Virus record (IMG/VR): IMGVR_UViG_3300023179_004109
Span: 1 to 55,127 of that record
Source: a virus
Lineage: Duplodnaviria > Caudoviricetes
Length of the DNA stretch: 55,127 nt
Reading direction: 5' to 3' (one strand)
Shown here: piece by piece, positions 38,136 to 48,529 of the stretch
Position numbering within the stretch: the stretch's first letter is position 1
Layout of the letters: every line of letters starts with the position of its first letter
Made by a program: the position numbers and the translations under genes
Notes under the pieces: model-generated
Told to the model about the DNA's origin: nothing
The model's input: the letters and a program-made list of their open reading frames with translations, nothing else
Database searches by the model: none

Positions 38136-38390
38136 ATGCTTAATATATTTAAACAAATAAAACAACTTAAAATGAAAAAAGAAGAATTAGAATTGGAAAG
38201 AGAAAAAATGTTAGAGGTTATAAATAGATTAAATATTGCTAATAAAGAGCAAACTAATTTAATAGGCCAATTACGCACAGAATTAAATGATGCTATTAAT
38301 CGAGTAAGAGAATTAGCTGAGCAACTTAACATGAAAGAAGCACAACAAAAGGCAGCAACACAATTTAATGACAACGATAGAAATTACTAA
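38136..38390 (+). CDS. hypothetical coiled-coil protein
   Basis: 84 aa, heptad pattern. Confidence 0.65.
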   Translation: MLNIFKQIKQLKMKKEELELEREKMLEVINRLNIANKEQTNLIGQLRTELNDAINRVRELAEQLNMKEAQQKAATQFNDNDRNY

Positions 38391-38770
38391 TGTCAACAAT
38401 ATTTGACCATATTAAAAATATTACTACTAATAAGGGTCCGTACCTGGGAGACGAGGGATGGAACAATTGGATGATCAATCGCTTCCTAAGTATGGACCCA
38501 GATTACTGCGAAGTAGTAAACATCATTCAGAAGAATACCTGGCAGATGAAGGGAGAAAATCTATATAATCTATATAAAGATCTTATTCCTAAACAATACA
38601 AGTATCTTAAGTATATAAAAGCATCTAAAAAGATAGATTATAAACCTGAAGAAGTAGAAGCGGTACAAGTATACTTTGAAGTTAGTAAAAAAGAAGCTAA
38701 AGAATATATAAACATGCTTCCTAAAACTGAATTAGAAACAATCACATCTCAAATACATGGCGAAATGTAA
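38390..38770 (+). CDS. clamp loader small subunit (gp62-like)
   Basis: IFDHIKNI, WMINRFLS, YFEVSKKEAKEY pattern; near the gp44-like gene. Confidence 0.7.
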   Translation: MSTIFDHIKNITTNKGPYLGDEGWNNWMINRFLSMDPDYCEVVNIIQKNTWQMKGENLYNLYKDLIPKQYKYLKYIKASKKIDYKPEEVEAVQVYFEVSKKEAKEYINMLPKTELETITSQIHGEM

Positions 38771-39224
38771 TTTACATTCATGGGAAGGATCACCTCAAAT
38801 GGATTATTGCTACATGTGTGAAAAAGAACAATATAAAACAAACGTTATGAACAACAACACCACGGAAACAAGATTAGCCATTTCACAATCGCTAATGCAG
38901 GAATCAGCCCCAGACTATATAGATAGACATCTATTAGCAGCTTTAGTTGAAGTAGCTACTCATCTACCTAAAGATTCTATTACATGCGCAGTAATGGAAG
39001 ATCTAAAGCATAGAGCAGATCGTGGGTTAAAAAAGTATAATACCACATTGGGTGAAAATAATCATCAAAATATGCTACAACATGCATATGAAGAAGCTCT
39101 TGATATGGCTCAATACCTTAAGAAAGAGATCATTACTTTAAATACTATTCAAGACTTAGTTAGTAAACACCCCAATGACACTGAATTAGGAATGCTAATA
39201 CGAAACAAATATGGCAAAGCCTAA
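38757..39224 (+). CDS. hypothetical protein with a possible all-alpha NTP pyrophosphatase (MazG-like) domain
   Basis: RGLKKYNTTL...QHAYEEALDMAQYL contains an EExxD motif. Confidence 0.45.
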   Translation: MAKCNLHSWEGSPQMDYCYMCEKEQYKTNVMNNNTTETRLAISQSLMQESAPDYIDRHLLAALVEVATHLPKDSITCAVMEDLKHRADRGLKKYNTTLGENNHQNMLQHAYEEALDMAQYLKKEIITLNTIQDLVSKHPNDTELGMLIRNKYGKA

Positions 39225-40155
39225 ATTGACAGAAATTGAATTAAGTATTAAGAAATATATTCCTCCTAAAGTAAATCCAGCATACCAACGCTTAGTATCT
39301 TATTCCCAATACTCTATGTGGGCTACTTGTCCTCATAGATGGGCAATGAAATACATTGAGAATAAAGAACCTTACCAGGCTAGTATTCATACCGTATTCG
39401 GAACGGCATTTCATGAAACATTACAAGAATATCTTAAAGTAATGTATAATGAAAGTGGATCAGCCTCTGATAAAATGAATCTAGAAGAATTATTCCAAGA
39501 ACGATTTAGAGAAGTATATTCTAAAGAATATAAATCAGCTGGAGCTCACTTTAGTAGCCCTACTGAAATGAGAGATTTCTTCGATGATGCAAGAGCAATG
39601 CTAACCTGGATTCAAAAAAGAAGAAATAAAATATTCACTATTCGTAATGTAAGATTACTAGGAATAGAAATACCTTTACTACTTAAATTATCAAACAATC
39701 TCTACTACAAGGCATTCGTTGACTTTGCAGTATATGACCTAGATTTAAAAAAAGTTACTATATATGACATCAAAACATCAACGCGTGGATGGAGTGACGC
39801 TGAAAAAAGAGACGATAAAAAAACTGCTCAAATCTTACTATACAAAGAGTATTTCGCAAGACAATACGGATTTGACGTCGAGCAAATCGAAGTCGAGTTC
39901 TTCATCGTTAAGCGAAAAATCTATGAACAAGCTGAATACCCTATTCCCCGGATTCAGTCATTTAGACCAGCTAGTGGAAAAGCCAAACGACGAAACGCAG
40001 TAGATAGCTTTCAAGACTTCATTAAAGATTGCTTCGATGAAAGTGGAAAACCACAAATAAAGTCTTACCTTAAAAATGTAGGTGAGAGTAGTTGTAAATG
40101 GTGTCCTTATAAAGATGATGCAAGTCTTTGCGATAAGAATGCGGTTTCCATATAG
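39211..40155 (+). CDS. PD-(D/E)XK nuclease, Cas4/RecB-like, with Fe-S-type cysteines
   Basis: SYSQ...CP, FGTAFHE, VDF, YDIKTS, QILLY, CKWCPY...C. Confidence 0.85.
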   Translation: MAKPKLTEIELSIKKYIPPKVNPAYQRLVSYSQYSMWATCPHRWAMKYIENKEPYQASIHTVFGTAFHETLQEYLKVMYNESGSASDKMNLEELFQERFREVYSKEYKSAGAHFSSPTEMRDFFDDARAMLTWIQKRRNKIFTIRNVRLLGIEIPLLLKLSNNLYYKAFVDFAVYDLDLKKVTIYDIKTSTRGWSDAEKRDDKKTAQILLYKEYFARQYGFDVEQIEVEFFIVKRKIYEQAEYPIPRIQSFRPASGKAKRRNAVDSFQDFIKDCFDESGKPQIKSYLKNVGESSCKWCPYKDDASLCDKNAVSI

Positions 40156-40184
40156 ACGTATATATTTATATCAAATATAATATT

Positions 40185-40376
40185 ATGGCAAAGATGCAAT
40201 TAACCTCAGTAAAAATTCCCGAAGATCTATTCGAACAATTCAAAATAGCATGTGTTAGATATAAATTCAGCGTACAAAAATTAACAGAACGCGGTATGTT
40301 TCTATATCTAACAGATGAAGAATGGAGAAAAACAATTCACAATACCCTAGACACACAATTAACAGGAAGTTTATAA
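40185..40376 (+). CDS. ribbon-helix-helix DNA-binding protein
   Basis: LTSVKIPEDLFEQFK strand-helix-helix pattern; 63 aa. Confidence 0.6.
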   Translation: MAKMQLTSVKIPEDLFEQFKIACVRYKFSVQKLTERGMFLYLTDEEWRKTIHNTLDTQLTGSL

Positions 40377-40394
40377 AATCAAAACACGTTACGA

Positions 40395-41885
40395 ATGAAA
40401 GAAGGTTATATTGAGCAATCAAAACGTAAGAAAATCTTACTATTATGTGATGATATTAGAATGACATCTGGTATCTCAACAATGGCGCGCGAAATTGTCA
40501 TTGGAACTGCCCATCGTTTTAATTGGGTGAATGTTGGTGGAGCTATTAACCACCCCGACCAAGGTAAACGCTTTGATATTAATGCTGACACTAGTGCACA
40601 AGCAGGAATACCAGATGCTAGTGTTACTTTGTATCCAATCAATGGATATGGCGACCCATCATTTCTAAAACAAATGATAGCAATAGAAAATCCAGATGCA
40701 TTAATGATGTTTACTGATCCAAGATATTGGATTTGGTTATTTCAAATGGAGCATGAGATAAGGAATAAAATGCCTATTATCTATTTGAATATATGGGATG
40801 ATTTACCTTACCCCATGTATAATAAGCCATACTATGAATCATGTGATACTCTGTTAGCAATCAGTAAACAAACTGAAAATTTAAATAGAGCAGTATTAGG
40901 ACCAGAGCTAGCAGCTGAAAAAGTAATTAAGTATGTTCCTCATGGTATTAATGAAAATATATTCTTCCCTATTACTACTGAACATGTTGAATATTTAGCA
41001 CTACAAGACTTTAAAAAACAATTATATGGAGATAAATCGTACGACTTTACTGTACTATATAATGCGCGTAACATCCGTCGTAAATGCGTTCCTGATTTAA
41101 TGTTAGCTTGGAAGATATTTATTGATGAACTTCCAGAAGCTAAAGCTAAGAAATGCGCTTTAGTACTACATACTCAAATTGCAGATGAAAATGGTACTGA
41201 CTTACAAGCAGTAAAAGATATGTTATTTGGATATGAAGAAAAATATAATATCATATTCGATCAAAATAAGTATCCTGCTAACATAATGAATTTACTCTAC
41301 AATGCTACAGATGTGAATGCATTAATTAGTAGTAATGAAGGTTGGGGATTATCATTAACAGAAGCAATGATGTGTGGTAAACCAATTATCGCTACCGTTA
41401 CAGGTGGAATGCAAGACCAAATGCGTTTTGAGAATGAAAATGGTGAATGGATTAAATTCACTGAAGAATTTGGTTCTAACCATAGAGGTAAATATAAAAA
41501 ATGTGGGATATGGGCATTCCCAGTATTTCCATCTAATTCATCAATTGTAGGTTCAATTCCAACCCCTTATATTTTTGATGATAGAGCAGAACCATTCGAT
41601 ATTGCTGATCAAATTCAAGAGGTATATGCTTTAAAAACAAATCAAGTTGAAGAGTATGGGTCTCATACTAGAGGATTTCAAACATACGAAGAAGTTTGTA
41701 AAGCAGCTAGAGATTGGGTTACATCAGACGAATCAATGCAATCAGCAAGATGGATGGCTAAAAATACAATCGATGGAATTGAAGAAACATTCGCTAACTG
41801 GCAACCACGTCATTCATTTGAATTAATTCAAGTAGAAACTCCAAAACAACCAAAACATTACAATAAATACGTTATAGCAAAATAA
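40395..41885 (+). CDS. GT-B glycosyltransferase (GT4-like)
   Basis: VPHGI, RNIRRK, SSNEGWGLSLTEAMMCGKPII...TGG. Confidence 0.9.
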   Translation: MKEGYIEQSKRKKILLLCDDIRMTSGISTMAREIVIGTAHRFNWVNVGGAINHPDQGKRFDINADTSAQAGIPDASVTLYPINGYGDPSFLKQMIAIENPDALMMFTDPRYWIWLFQMEHEIRNKMPIIYLNIWDDLPYPMYNKPYYESCDTLLAISKQTENLNRAVLGPELAAEKVIKYVPHGINENIFFPITTEHVEYLALQDFKKQLYGDKSYDFTVLYNARNIRRKCVPDLMLAWKIFIDELPEAKAKKCALVLHTQIADENGTDLQAVKDMLFGYEEKYNIIFDQNKYPANIMNLLYNATDVNALISSNEGWGLSLTEAMMCGKPIIATVTGGMQDQMRFENENGEWIKFTEEFGSNHRGKYKKCGIWAFPVFPSNSSIVGSIPTPYIFDDRAEPFDIADQIQEVYALKTNQVEEYGSHTRGFQTYEEVCKAARDWVTSDESMQSARWMAKNTIDGIEETFANWQPRHSFELIQVETPKQPKHYNKYVIAK

Positions 41886-41886
41886 T

Positions 41887-43197
41887 ATGAAACAACTAAT
41901 ATTCATAAGTTGTCCTATAGACACTTACAGTGGTTACGGTGCTCGTAGTAGAGATATCGTAAAAGCGCTTTTAAAACCAAATAAATACGATATAAAAATT
42001 ATATCACAACGATGGGGTAATACACCATTCGGGTTTTTAAAAGCAGATAATGCTGAAGACAAACAAATTTTAGATTGTATTTGGGATCAACCCCAACTAC
42101 CTAGACAGCCTGATATTTGGATTCAAATTACAGTTCCAAATGAATTCCAACCCGCAGGAAAATACAATATTGGTATTACAGCTGGTATTGAAACGACATT
42201 ATGTGATGCTACTTGGGTTGAGGGTGTAAATAGAATGAATTTAACATTAGTATCATCTGAACATGCTAAAAGAGTATTTGAACAATCTGCATTCGAACAG
42301 CGTGATACTGCTACTCAACAAGTAGTCAAACATATTAGGCTAGAAAAACCAGTTGAAGTATTATTTGAAGGAGTAGATACTAAAATATATGAAAAAATAG
42401 ATGCAGTAAATGAAAGTCAAGTATGGGATATAGTAGATACTATTCAAGAAGATTTTAATTTCCTATATGTTGGACACTGGCTTCAGGGCGAATTAGGACA
42501 GGATAGAAAAGATACAGGTATGTTAGTTAAAACATTTCTTGAAACATTTAAAGGCAAAGGTAAAAAACCAGGATTGATTATGAAAACTTCTACGGCTACC
42601 TATTCTATAATGGACCGAGATGAAATATTAGATAAAATTCAAAAGTTAAGGCTATTAGTAGGTGATCAAGATTTACCAAATATCTATTTACTACATGGTG
42701 GATTAACAGATGGAGAAATAAATGAATTATATAATCATCCTAAAGTAAAAGCACACGTGTCATTTACTAAAGGTGAAGGATATGGCAGACCACTACTTGA
42801 AGCCTCCATCAGTCAAAAACCTGTAATTGCTTCTAATTGGAGTGGACAAATCGATTTCCTAGATAAAGATATGTCTGTATTATTAGCAGGTGAAGTAAGA
42901 CAAATTCACCCATCAGCAACAGTAGCAAATATGTTAATTCCAGAAAGTGGATGGTTTACTGTTGATTATGAGAAAGCAGCTGGTATATTAATAGATGTTT
43001 ATAAAAATCATAAAAAATACCTTGATGGGGCAAAGAGACAAGCGTATCGTTCACGTACAGAATTTAGTTTAGATAAAATGACTGAAAAATTAAATTCAAT
43101 AATTGATGAAAAAGTACCAAAACAAGTAGCACTTAAATTGCCTCAGCTTAAGAAAATCGAATTACCTAAATTTAAAAAAGTAGACGATGCAAAATAA
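41887..43197 (+). CDS. GT-B glycosyltransferase (GT4-like)
   Basis: SGYG, DRKD, TKGEGYGRPLLEA...PVIASNWSG. Confidence 0.9.
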   Translation: MKQLIFISCPIDTYSGYGARSRDIVKALLKPNKYDIKIISQRWGNTPFGFLKADNAEDKQILDCIWDQPQLPRQPDIWIQITVPNEFQPAGKYNIGITAGIETTLCDATWVEGVNRMNLTLVSSEHAKRVFEQSAFEQRDTATQQVVKHIRLEKPVEVLFEGVDTKIYEKIDAVNESQVWDIVDTIQEDFNFLYVGHWLQGELGQDRKDTGMLVKTFLETFKGKGKKPGLIMKTSTATYSIMDRDEILDKIQKLRLLVGDQDLPNIYLLHGGLTDGEINELYNHPKVKAHVSFTKGEGYGRPLLEASISQKPVIASNWSGQIDFLDKDMSVLLAGEVRQIHPSATVANMLIPESGWFTVDYEKAAGILIDVYKNHKKYLDGAKRQAYRSRTEFSLDKMTEKLNSIIDEKVPKQVALKLPQLKKIELPKFKKVDDAK

Positions 43198-43241
43198 TAC
43201 AGGTGCTGTAATTTATACTTACCAAAATAATACATTAAATT

Positions 43242-43634
43242 ATGAAAGAATTACTTACAATATGTCCTAGATGTGGTTCGAACGCATGTAGTGAAGTATC
43301 AAATAATAAATTAACTGTATGGAATTGCTTTGGATGTGGATTTACATCTAACTCTACCCTTACAGAAAAAAATATAGAATCAACAGAAGAAGTATTACCC
43401 GAACTATATAAAGCACTTAAATTTAAAAGTACAGACGAATTATATTGGTATCCTATGTCTGTAATACTAGAAAATAAAGCAATGGTATTTGCAGAAGGTA
43501 AAACAATTGAAGATTGGAAATGGTCAGCTGTACAATCTAAAGAAGATAAACCTGATATGTCTACTAAAAAAGAATTTGCAGAACGTGAGTTTATGGATGC
43601 GTTAGAATATATTGGTTACTTTAATCAAAAATAA
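43242..43634 (+). CDS. Zn-ribbon hypothetical protein
   Basis: CPRC ... CFGCG. Confidence 0.7.
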   Translation: MKELLTICPRCGSNACSEVSNNKLTVWNCFGCGFTSNSTLTEKNIESTEEVLPELYKALKFKSTDELYWYPMSVILENKAMVFAEGKTIEDWKWSAVQSKEDKPDMSTKKEFAEREFMDALEYIGYFNQK

Positions 43635-43636
43635 AT

Positions 43637-44263
43637 ATGCCTACAATTAGTTATGCAATTACAGCATGTAACGAACATGTTGAATTAGAACGTCTATTAA
43701 ATCAATTAAATGAAAGTATTCGTCTTGAAGATGAAATAGTAGTTCAATTAGATATAACAGCTACTGCTGAAGTTAAAGCTGTAGCTGAAAAATATAATGT
43801 AGGAGCTCCATATGAGTACCACAGAATACAAGCTACATTAAATAACGATTTCGCATCATTTAAAAATAATCTTAGCGAACATTGCACACGCGACTACATC
43901 TTTCAAATAGATGCTGATGAATATCCACACCCAGAATTAATCGAAAATTTACCTGCTCTTCTTGAACATAATCCCGAAATTGATGTATTTCTAGTTCCTA
44001 GAATCAATACAGTAGAAGGATTAACTGAATCCCATATTAAACAATGGGGGTGGAATGTACAAAATAACAGAGTTAATTTTCCAGACTATCAATGGAGAAT
44101 ATGGATAAATAAGAAAAATATTAAATGGATAAATAAAGTCCATGAACGATTAGATGGTTTTGGATTATATTGTAATTTACCCTTATTAGATGAATTATGC
44201 CTATACCATCCAAAAGATATAATTAGACAAGAAAAACAAAATCAATATTATAATACATTATGA
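43637..44263 (+). CDS. GT-A glycosyltransferase (GT2-like)
   Basis: ISYAITACNE, DxD motif FQIDADE, PDYQWR, VHE. Confidence 0.88.
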   Translation: MPTISYAITACNEHVELERLLNQLNESIRLEDEIVVQLDITATAEVKAVAEKYNVGAPYEYHRIQATLNNDFASFKNNLSEHCTRDYIFQIDADEYPHPELIENLPALLEHNPEIDVFLVPRINTVEGLTESHIKQWGWNVQNNRVNFPDYQWRIWINKKNIKWINKVHERLDGFGLYCNLPLLDELCLYHPKDIIRQEKQNQYYNTL

Positions 44264-44664
44264 GTAACAGAAAATACCTCCCAACACTAAGTGAATTAGT
44301 TGACCGTTTAAGTATAGCTCAACTAAAAGAAGTATTCATCGCTGAACATAAAGATGAATATGCTACAGAAATAGCTGATATAGTTCATGATATTCAACTA
44401 TACCTAAAAGAAAGTAAAGAACCTATTACAGCAGAAACAATTAGAGCAATTATAGTATTATCTCAAATGAATTTACATATTTGGCATAACGAGTCAAACT
44501 ATCGTAAAGGAATTAAAGATGGTAACAACTTAGAATTAACCCACGGATTAAATGGCATTCGCAATACAGCTAAAAATAAAATCCAGGAAGTAATGGGTGG
44601 TAGAAAAGATTATAAAATAGATTGTTTAGCTGCTGATTTTAAAGATTGGGAAATAAGCTGGTAA
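44260..44664 (+). CDS. hypothetical helical protein associated with the glycan cluster
   Basis: ELVDRLSI..LK, N..IWH.E, N..R...KNKI pattern. Confidence 0.65.
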   Translation: MSNRKYLPTLSELVDRLSIAQLKEVFIAEHKDEYATEIADIVHDIQLYLKESKEPITAETIRAIIVLSQMNLHIWHNESNYRKGIKDGNNLELTHGLNGIRNTAKNKIQEVMGGRKDYKIDCLAADFKDWEISW

Positions 44665-44668
44665 AATA

Positions 44669-44971
44669 ATGGAAAAAAAATTAACTATATACGTTGACAT
44701 AGATAATACTATCTGTGAAACTAATGAAAGCGACTATATTAATTCAAAACCAATATTTACTAATATAGAAAAAATTAATAAATTATATGATGAAGGACAT
44801 ACAATAATATATTGGACTGCTAGAGGAGCTGCATCTAAAATAGACCATACTGATTTAACATCAAGTCAACTTAAAGAATGGGGATGCTTATTTCATCAAT
44901 TAAAAATGAATAGTAAACCTTCTTACGATTTATTAATATGTGATAAAACTAAAAGAATAGAGGAAATATGA
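44669..44971 (+). CDS. small HAD-family phosphatase (capsule-biosynthesis type)
   Basis: VDIDNTI, WTARG, KP.YDLLICDK. Confidence 0.8.
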   Translation: MEKKLTIYVDIDNTICETNESDYINSKPIFTNIEKINKLYDEGHTIIYWTARGAASKIDHTDLTSSQLKEWGCLFHQLKMNSKPSYDLLICDKTKRIEEI

Positions 44972-45369
44972 AAAAAATATGGGTAAATGGCTCATTTGAC
45001 GTTTTACATATAGGGCATATCAGATTACTTGAATACGCTAGTACACTAGGAAGTGTTAAAGTAGGAATTGATAGTGATAAAAGAATTAAAAAATTTAAAG
45101 GCCCAAATAGACCATTTAATTCACTTGATGATAGAGCAGAATTTTTACGCTCTATAAAGTACATTGATAGTGTTGATGTATTTGATACAACTGAACGATT
45201 AGTTGATCTTATTAAACAATATCAACCTGATTATATGGTTATAGGAAGTGATTATAAAGATAGACCAATCGTTGGTTCTAAATTTATAAAAGAAATTATA
45301 TATTTTAATCGAATAGAAAATAAATCAACAACTAATATATTAAATTATGGAAAAACCAATAGTTTGTGA
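44968..45369 (+). CDS. cytidylyl/adenylyltransferase (RfaE/TagD-like)
   Basis: GSFDVLHIGH, KG..RP, GSDY, STT. Confidence 0.88.
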   Translation: MKKIWVNGSFDVLHIGHIRLLEYASTLGSVKVGIDSDKRIKKFKGPNRPFNSLDDRAEFLRSIKYIDSVDVFDTTERLVDLIKQYQPDYMVIGSDYKDRPIVGSKFIKEIIYFNRIENKSTTNILNYGKTNSL

Positions 45370-45718
45370 GGGTTGTAAAGTACCTAAAGGATGGGGTGAA
45401 GAATTAATCATTGAAAATAATGATAAATACTGCGGCAAACTACTCATATTCAAAGCAGGCTGCAAATTCAGTATGCATTACCATATGATCAAAGATGAAA
45501 CATGGTATGTAGATAAAGGTACATTCCTATATAGATGGATTGATACAGAAACAGCTGAAGTACATGAGGAACACCTTAAATCAGGGGATATTGTAAGACA
45601 AAGACCAGGTCAACCACATCAGTTGGAAGCCATAGAAGAAGGCGTTATATTTGAAGTATCAACAACACATTCAGATTCTGATTCATACCGTGTATGGAAA
45701 GGAGATTCACAAAAATAG
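45347..45718 (+). CDS. cupin-fold sugar isomerase-like protein
   Basis: KGWGEE, SMHYH..KDETW, PH, EVST. Confidence 0.8.
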   Translation: MEKPIVCEGCKVPKGWGEELIIENNDKYCGKLLIFKAGCKFSMHYHMIKDETWYVDKGTFLYRWIDTETAEVHEEHLKSGDIVRQRPGQPHQLEAIEEGVIFEVSTTHSDSDSYRVWKGDSQK

Positions 45719-45720
45719 CT

Positions 45721-47079
45721 ATGCAAGAACTATATCAAGATTTAGAAGGTTATAATAATGTCACTGAAAAAGAAATATTAAAATTAGTAGATAGATACAT
45801 CCAACAAAAACACTCTGAAAAAACTTGGGAAGCAGGTAAAGATTGGGTTCAATATGCAGGACCATATTTTGATTCATCAGAATATATAGCTGCTGTTAAA
45901 TCATTATTAGGTGAGTGGTTAGTACTAGGTGCTGATGCAATTAAATTTGAATCTAAATTTCCTAAACTATTTGGTAAAAAATATGGTTTATTAACCAATA
46001 GTGGTTCAAGTGCTAATCTATTAATGATGGCGGCTATGACCTCTAAACGCGGCTATAATATGCCTAAAGGGACGAAAGTAATTACTCCAATAGCTGGTTT
46101 CCCAACTACGGTAGCTCCAATTATCCAATTAGGATTCGTCCCTATATTCGTTGATATCGAGCTTGAAACATTAAACCTCGATTTAAATCAAGTTGAACAA
46201 GCTTGTATTGATAATCCTGATGCTAAAATTATTACATTTGCTCACGTATTAGGTAATCCACCTAACATGAATCGCTTAATGGAAATAGTTGAAAAATATA
46301 AATTAATACTATTAGAAGACTGTTGTGATGCTTTAGGTTCTACATTTGAAGGTAAGCCACTAGGTTCATTTGGTGAAATGGCTAGCTGCTCATTCTACCC
46401 AGCACACCACATTACAATGGGTGAAGGTGGATTTGTAGCAATGAATAATCAAAATACTGAACGTATTGTTCGTAGCTTTAGAGAATGGGGTAGAGGATGT
46501 TATTGCGTTGGTAAACAAAACTTATTAGAAAACGGAACATGCAAATGTCGCTTCAGTAACTGGTTACCTTCCTTACCAAATGAAATATTTGATCACAAAT
46601 ATGTCTATGAGGAGATTGGATATAATATGAAACCAATTGAATTACAAGCATCCATTGGTTTAGTTCAAATGGAAAAATTAGAAGAAATAGGTATTAAAAG
46701 AAAAGAAAACTATAAAGACCTATTTCAATCCTTTAGTAAATACAGTCAATATTTTCATTTACATAAAGCACAATCTGGGGCTGATGTTGATTGGTTTGCT
46801 TTCCCTATAACAATTAAGGATGGAGCTCCATTTAAGCGTTCTGATATATGTCAATTTTTTGAAGCACATAAAATACAAACACGCCCTTACTTTGCAGGCA
46901 ATATTATGTTACAACCAGCTTATACACATTTAGCTGATTCTAAAGAGGTAATTGAACAATATCCTGTAGCAAGAAAAGTAACTACAGATACATTCTTCTT
47001 AGGTACTTCACCTGTAATCAATAAGGAAAAAACTGATTATATTCAAACAATATTAGATAAATTTATTTTACAACTATGA
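45721..47079 (+). CDS. rfbH: NDP-4-keto-6-deoxyglucose 3-dehydratase (E1, RfbH/DdhC)
   Basis: NSGSSANL, EDCCDALG, SFYPAHHITMGEGG (His at the usual PLP-Lys site), WGRGCYC...C.CRF Fe-S loop, DHKY. ATG 45721 preferred over 45694. Confidence 0.88.
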   Translation: MQELYQDLEGYNNVTEKEILKLVDRYIQQKHSEKTWEAGKDWVQYAGPYFDSSEYIAAVKSLLGEWLVLGADAIKFESKFPKLFGKKYGLLTNSGSSANLLMMAAMTSKRGYNMPKGTKVITPIAGFPTTVAPIIQLGFVPIFVDIELETLNLDLNQVEQACIDNPDAKIITFAHVLGNPPNMNRLMEIVEKYKLILLEDCCDALGSTFEGKPLGSFGEMASCSFYPAHHITMGEGGFVAMNNQNTERIVRSFREWGRGCYCVGKQNLLENGTCKCRFSNWLPSLPNEIFDHKYVYEEIGYNMKPIELQASIGLVQMEKLEEIGIKRKENYKDLFQSFSKYSQYFHLHKAQSGADVDWFAFPITIKDGAPFKRSDICQFFEAHKIQTRPYFAGNIMLQPAYTHLADSKEVIEQYPVARKVTTDTFFLGTSPVINKEKTDYIQTILDKFILQL

Positions 47080-48023
47080 AAGTAGTATACATAACGGGAT
47101 GTTTAGGATTTATAGGTTCACATGTTACTAGACTTTGTTTAGATCAAGGTTGGTATGTAAGAGGTGTTGATAAATGTACTTACGCCGCCAATATAAATTT
47201 ATTACAACAGTTTCAGGAATGTAATAATTTTAAATTTGAAAATAAAGATATTAATGATTTAAAATTTCTATACGATTGTGATTATGTTATTAATACAGCT
47301 GCTGAAACGCACGTTGGTAATTCAATAGCTAATAGTGATGATTTTGTTAGTTCTAATATTAATGGAGTTCATCATTTATTAGAATTACTTAGAAACTATA
47401 GACAAGAAACAGCTAAAACACCTACATTATTACACTTCAGTACAGATGAAGTTTATGGAGATATAGGTGATGGAGCTCATACTGAAACTGACCTACTTAA
47501 ACCATCAAACCCATATTCAGCAACTAAAGCAGCTGCGGATATGTTAGTATTAGCTTGGGCTAGAACGTATAATTTATCTTATGTTATTGTTAGACCAACT
47601 AACAATTATGGAGTAGGACAATACGTTGAGAAATTAATCCCTAAAGCATGCAAATATCTCCAGTTAAATAGAAAAATACCTCTGCACAACAGCGGAACTC
47701 CAATTAGAAACTGGCTACATGCTCATGATACAGCTAGAGCTATTATTAAAATTATTGAAAGCGGAGTGCAAAACGAAATATTCAATATTGCTGGTGGATT
47801 TGAACAATCAAACTACAATACAATAAAGAAATTAATTTATGAATATAACGGCGATACTGAAGTAAATAAGTACATTGATTGGTCTTATTCTAGAGTAGGA
47901 CAGGATATTAGATATGCTTTAGATGATTCTAAATTAAAAGCATTAGGTTGGGAACCTAAAATGGAATTTGATAAAGAATTACCTTACATTGTAAATTATT
48001 ATAAAAATAAATTTATATGGTAA
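47076..48023 (+). CDS. rfbB: dTDP-glucose 4,6-dehydratase-like SDR
   Basis: GCLGFIG, D..TYA, AAETHV, STDEVYG, PSNPYSATK, NNYG, EKLIP. Confidence 0.85.
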   Translation: MKVVYITGCLGFIGSHVTRLCLDQGWYVRGVDKCTYAANINLLQQFQECNNFKFENKDINDLKFLYDCDYVINTAAETHVGNSIANSDDFVSSNINGVHHLLELLRNYRQETAKTPTLLHFSTDEVYGDIGDGAHTETDLLKPSNPYSATKAAADMLVLAWARTYNLSYVIVRPTNNYGVGQYVEKLIPKACKYLQLNRKIPLHNSGTPIRNWLHAHDTARAIIKIIESGVQNEIFNIAGGFEQSNYNTIKKLIYEYNGDTEVNKYIDWSYSRVGQDIRYALDDSKLKALGWEPKMEFDKELPYIVNYYKNKFIW

Positions 48024-48529
48024 GATTAGCTAATGGTCGAGGACAGTTAGGAGAAAAATTACAACAATATTTAAATATTCAATCAGATAAAGATATAGTA
48101 ATATATCATACATGGCAAGTTACATACTCTGGCGACTCAAATATGAGTGAGGAAGTGATACAACTTAACGAATATAATAAATTAGTTGAATTTTCTAAAA
48201 ATAACCCTAACTTTAAAATAATATTTATTTCAACTGCATCACAACGTAGTAGTTGGTATACTTACTATAAAGAACAAGCAGAAGCTTATCTTTTGGCTAA
48301 TCACGATTCTTGCATTATATTAAAATTCCCAACATTTATAGGGAAAGGTATATTACCTAAATTAAAATCAGGTGAAATAAAACCATACGGAACTATAGAA
48401 TTAATTACTCTAGATAGAGTATCTGAAATAGTAGGTCAATATCTATTTTATGATGATTTAAAAAGAGTGTTTATAATAGAAGGAGAAAAAATAGAGGCTA
48501 AAACACTAGTAGAAATATTAAACGTATAA
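48017..48529 (+). CDS. short SDR-like (RmlD/epimerase-like) protein
   Basis: GRGQLG, IFIST, YTYYK (YxxxK); only 170 aa. Confidence 0.6.
   Translation: MVRLANGRGQLGEKLQQYLNIQSDKDIVIYHTWQVTYSGDSNMSEEVIQLNEYNKLVEFSKNNPNFKIIFISTASQRSSWYTYYKEQAEAYLLANHDSCIILKFPTFIGKGILPKLKSGEIKPYGTIELITLDRVSEIVGQYLFYDDLKRVFIIEGEKIEAKTLVEILNV

Noticed and set aside
39764-40003. 79-aa + strand ORF nested in the nuclease gene
   Set aside because: Out-of-frame overlap within a well-supported CDS, low complexity, no independent signals.
1411-45164. Numerous short minus-strand ORFs in the track (e.g. 5658..6194, 36206..36865, 20764..21084)
   Set aside because: All lie antisense to well-supported + strand genes and show no recognisable motifs; treated as shadow ORFs.
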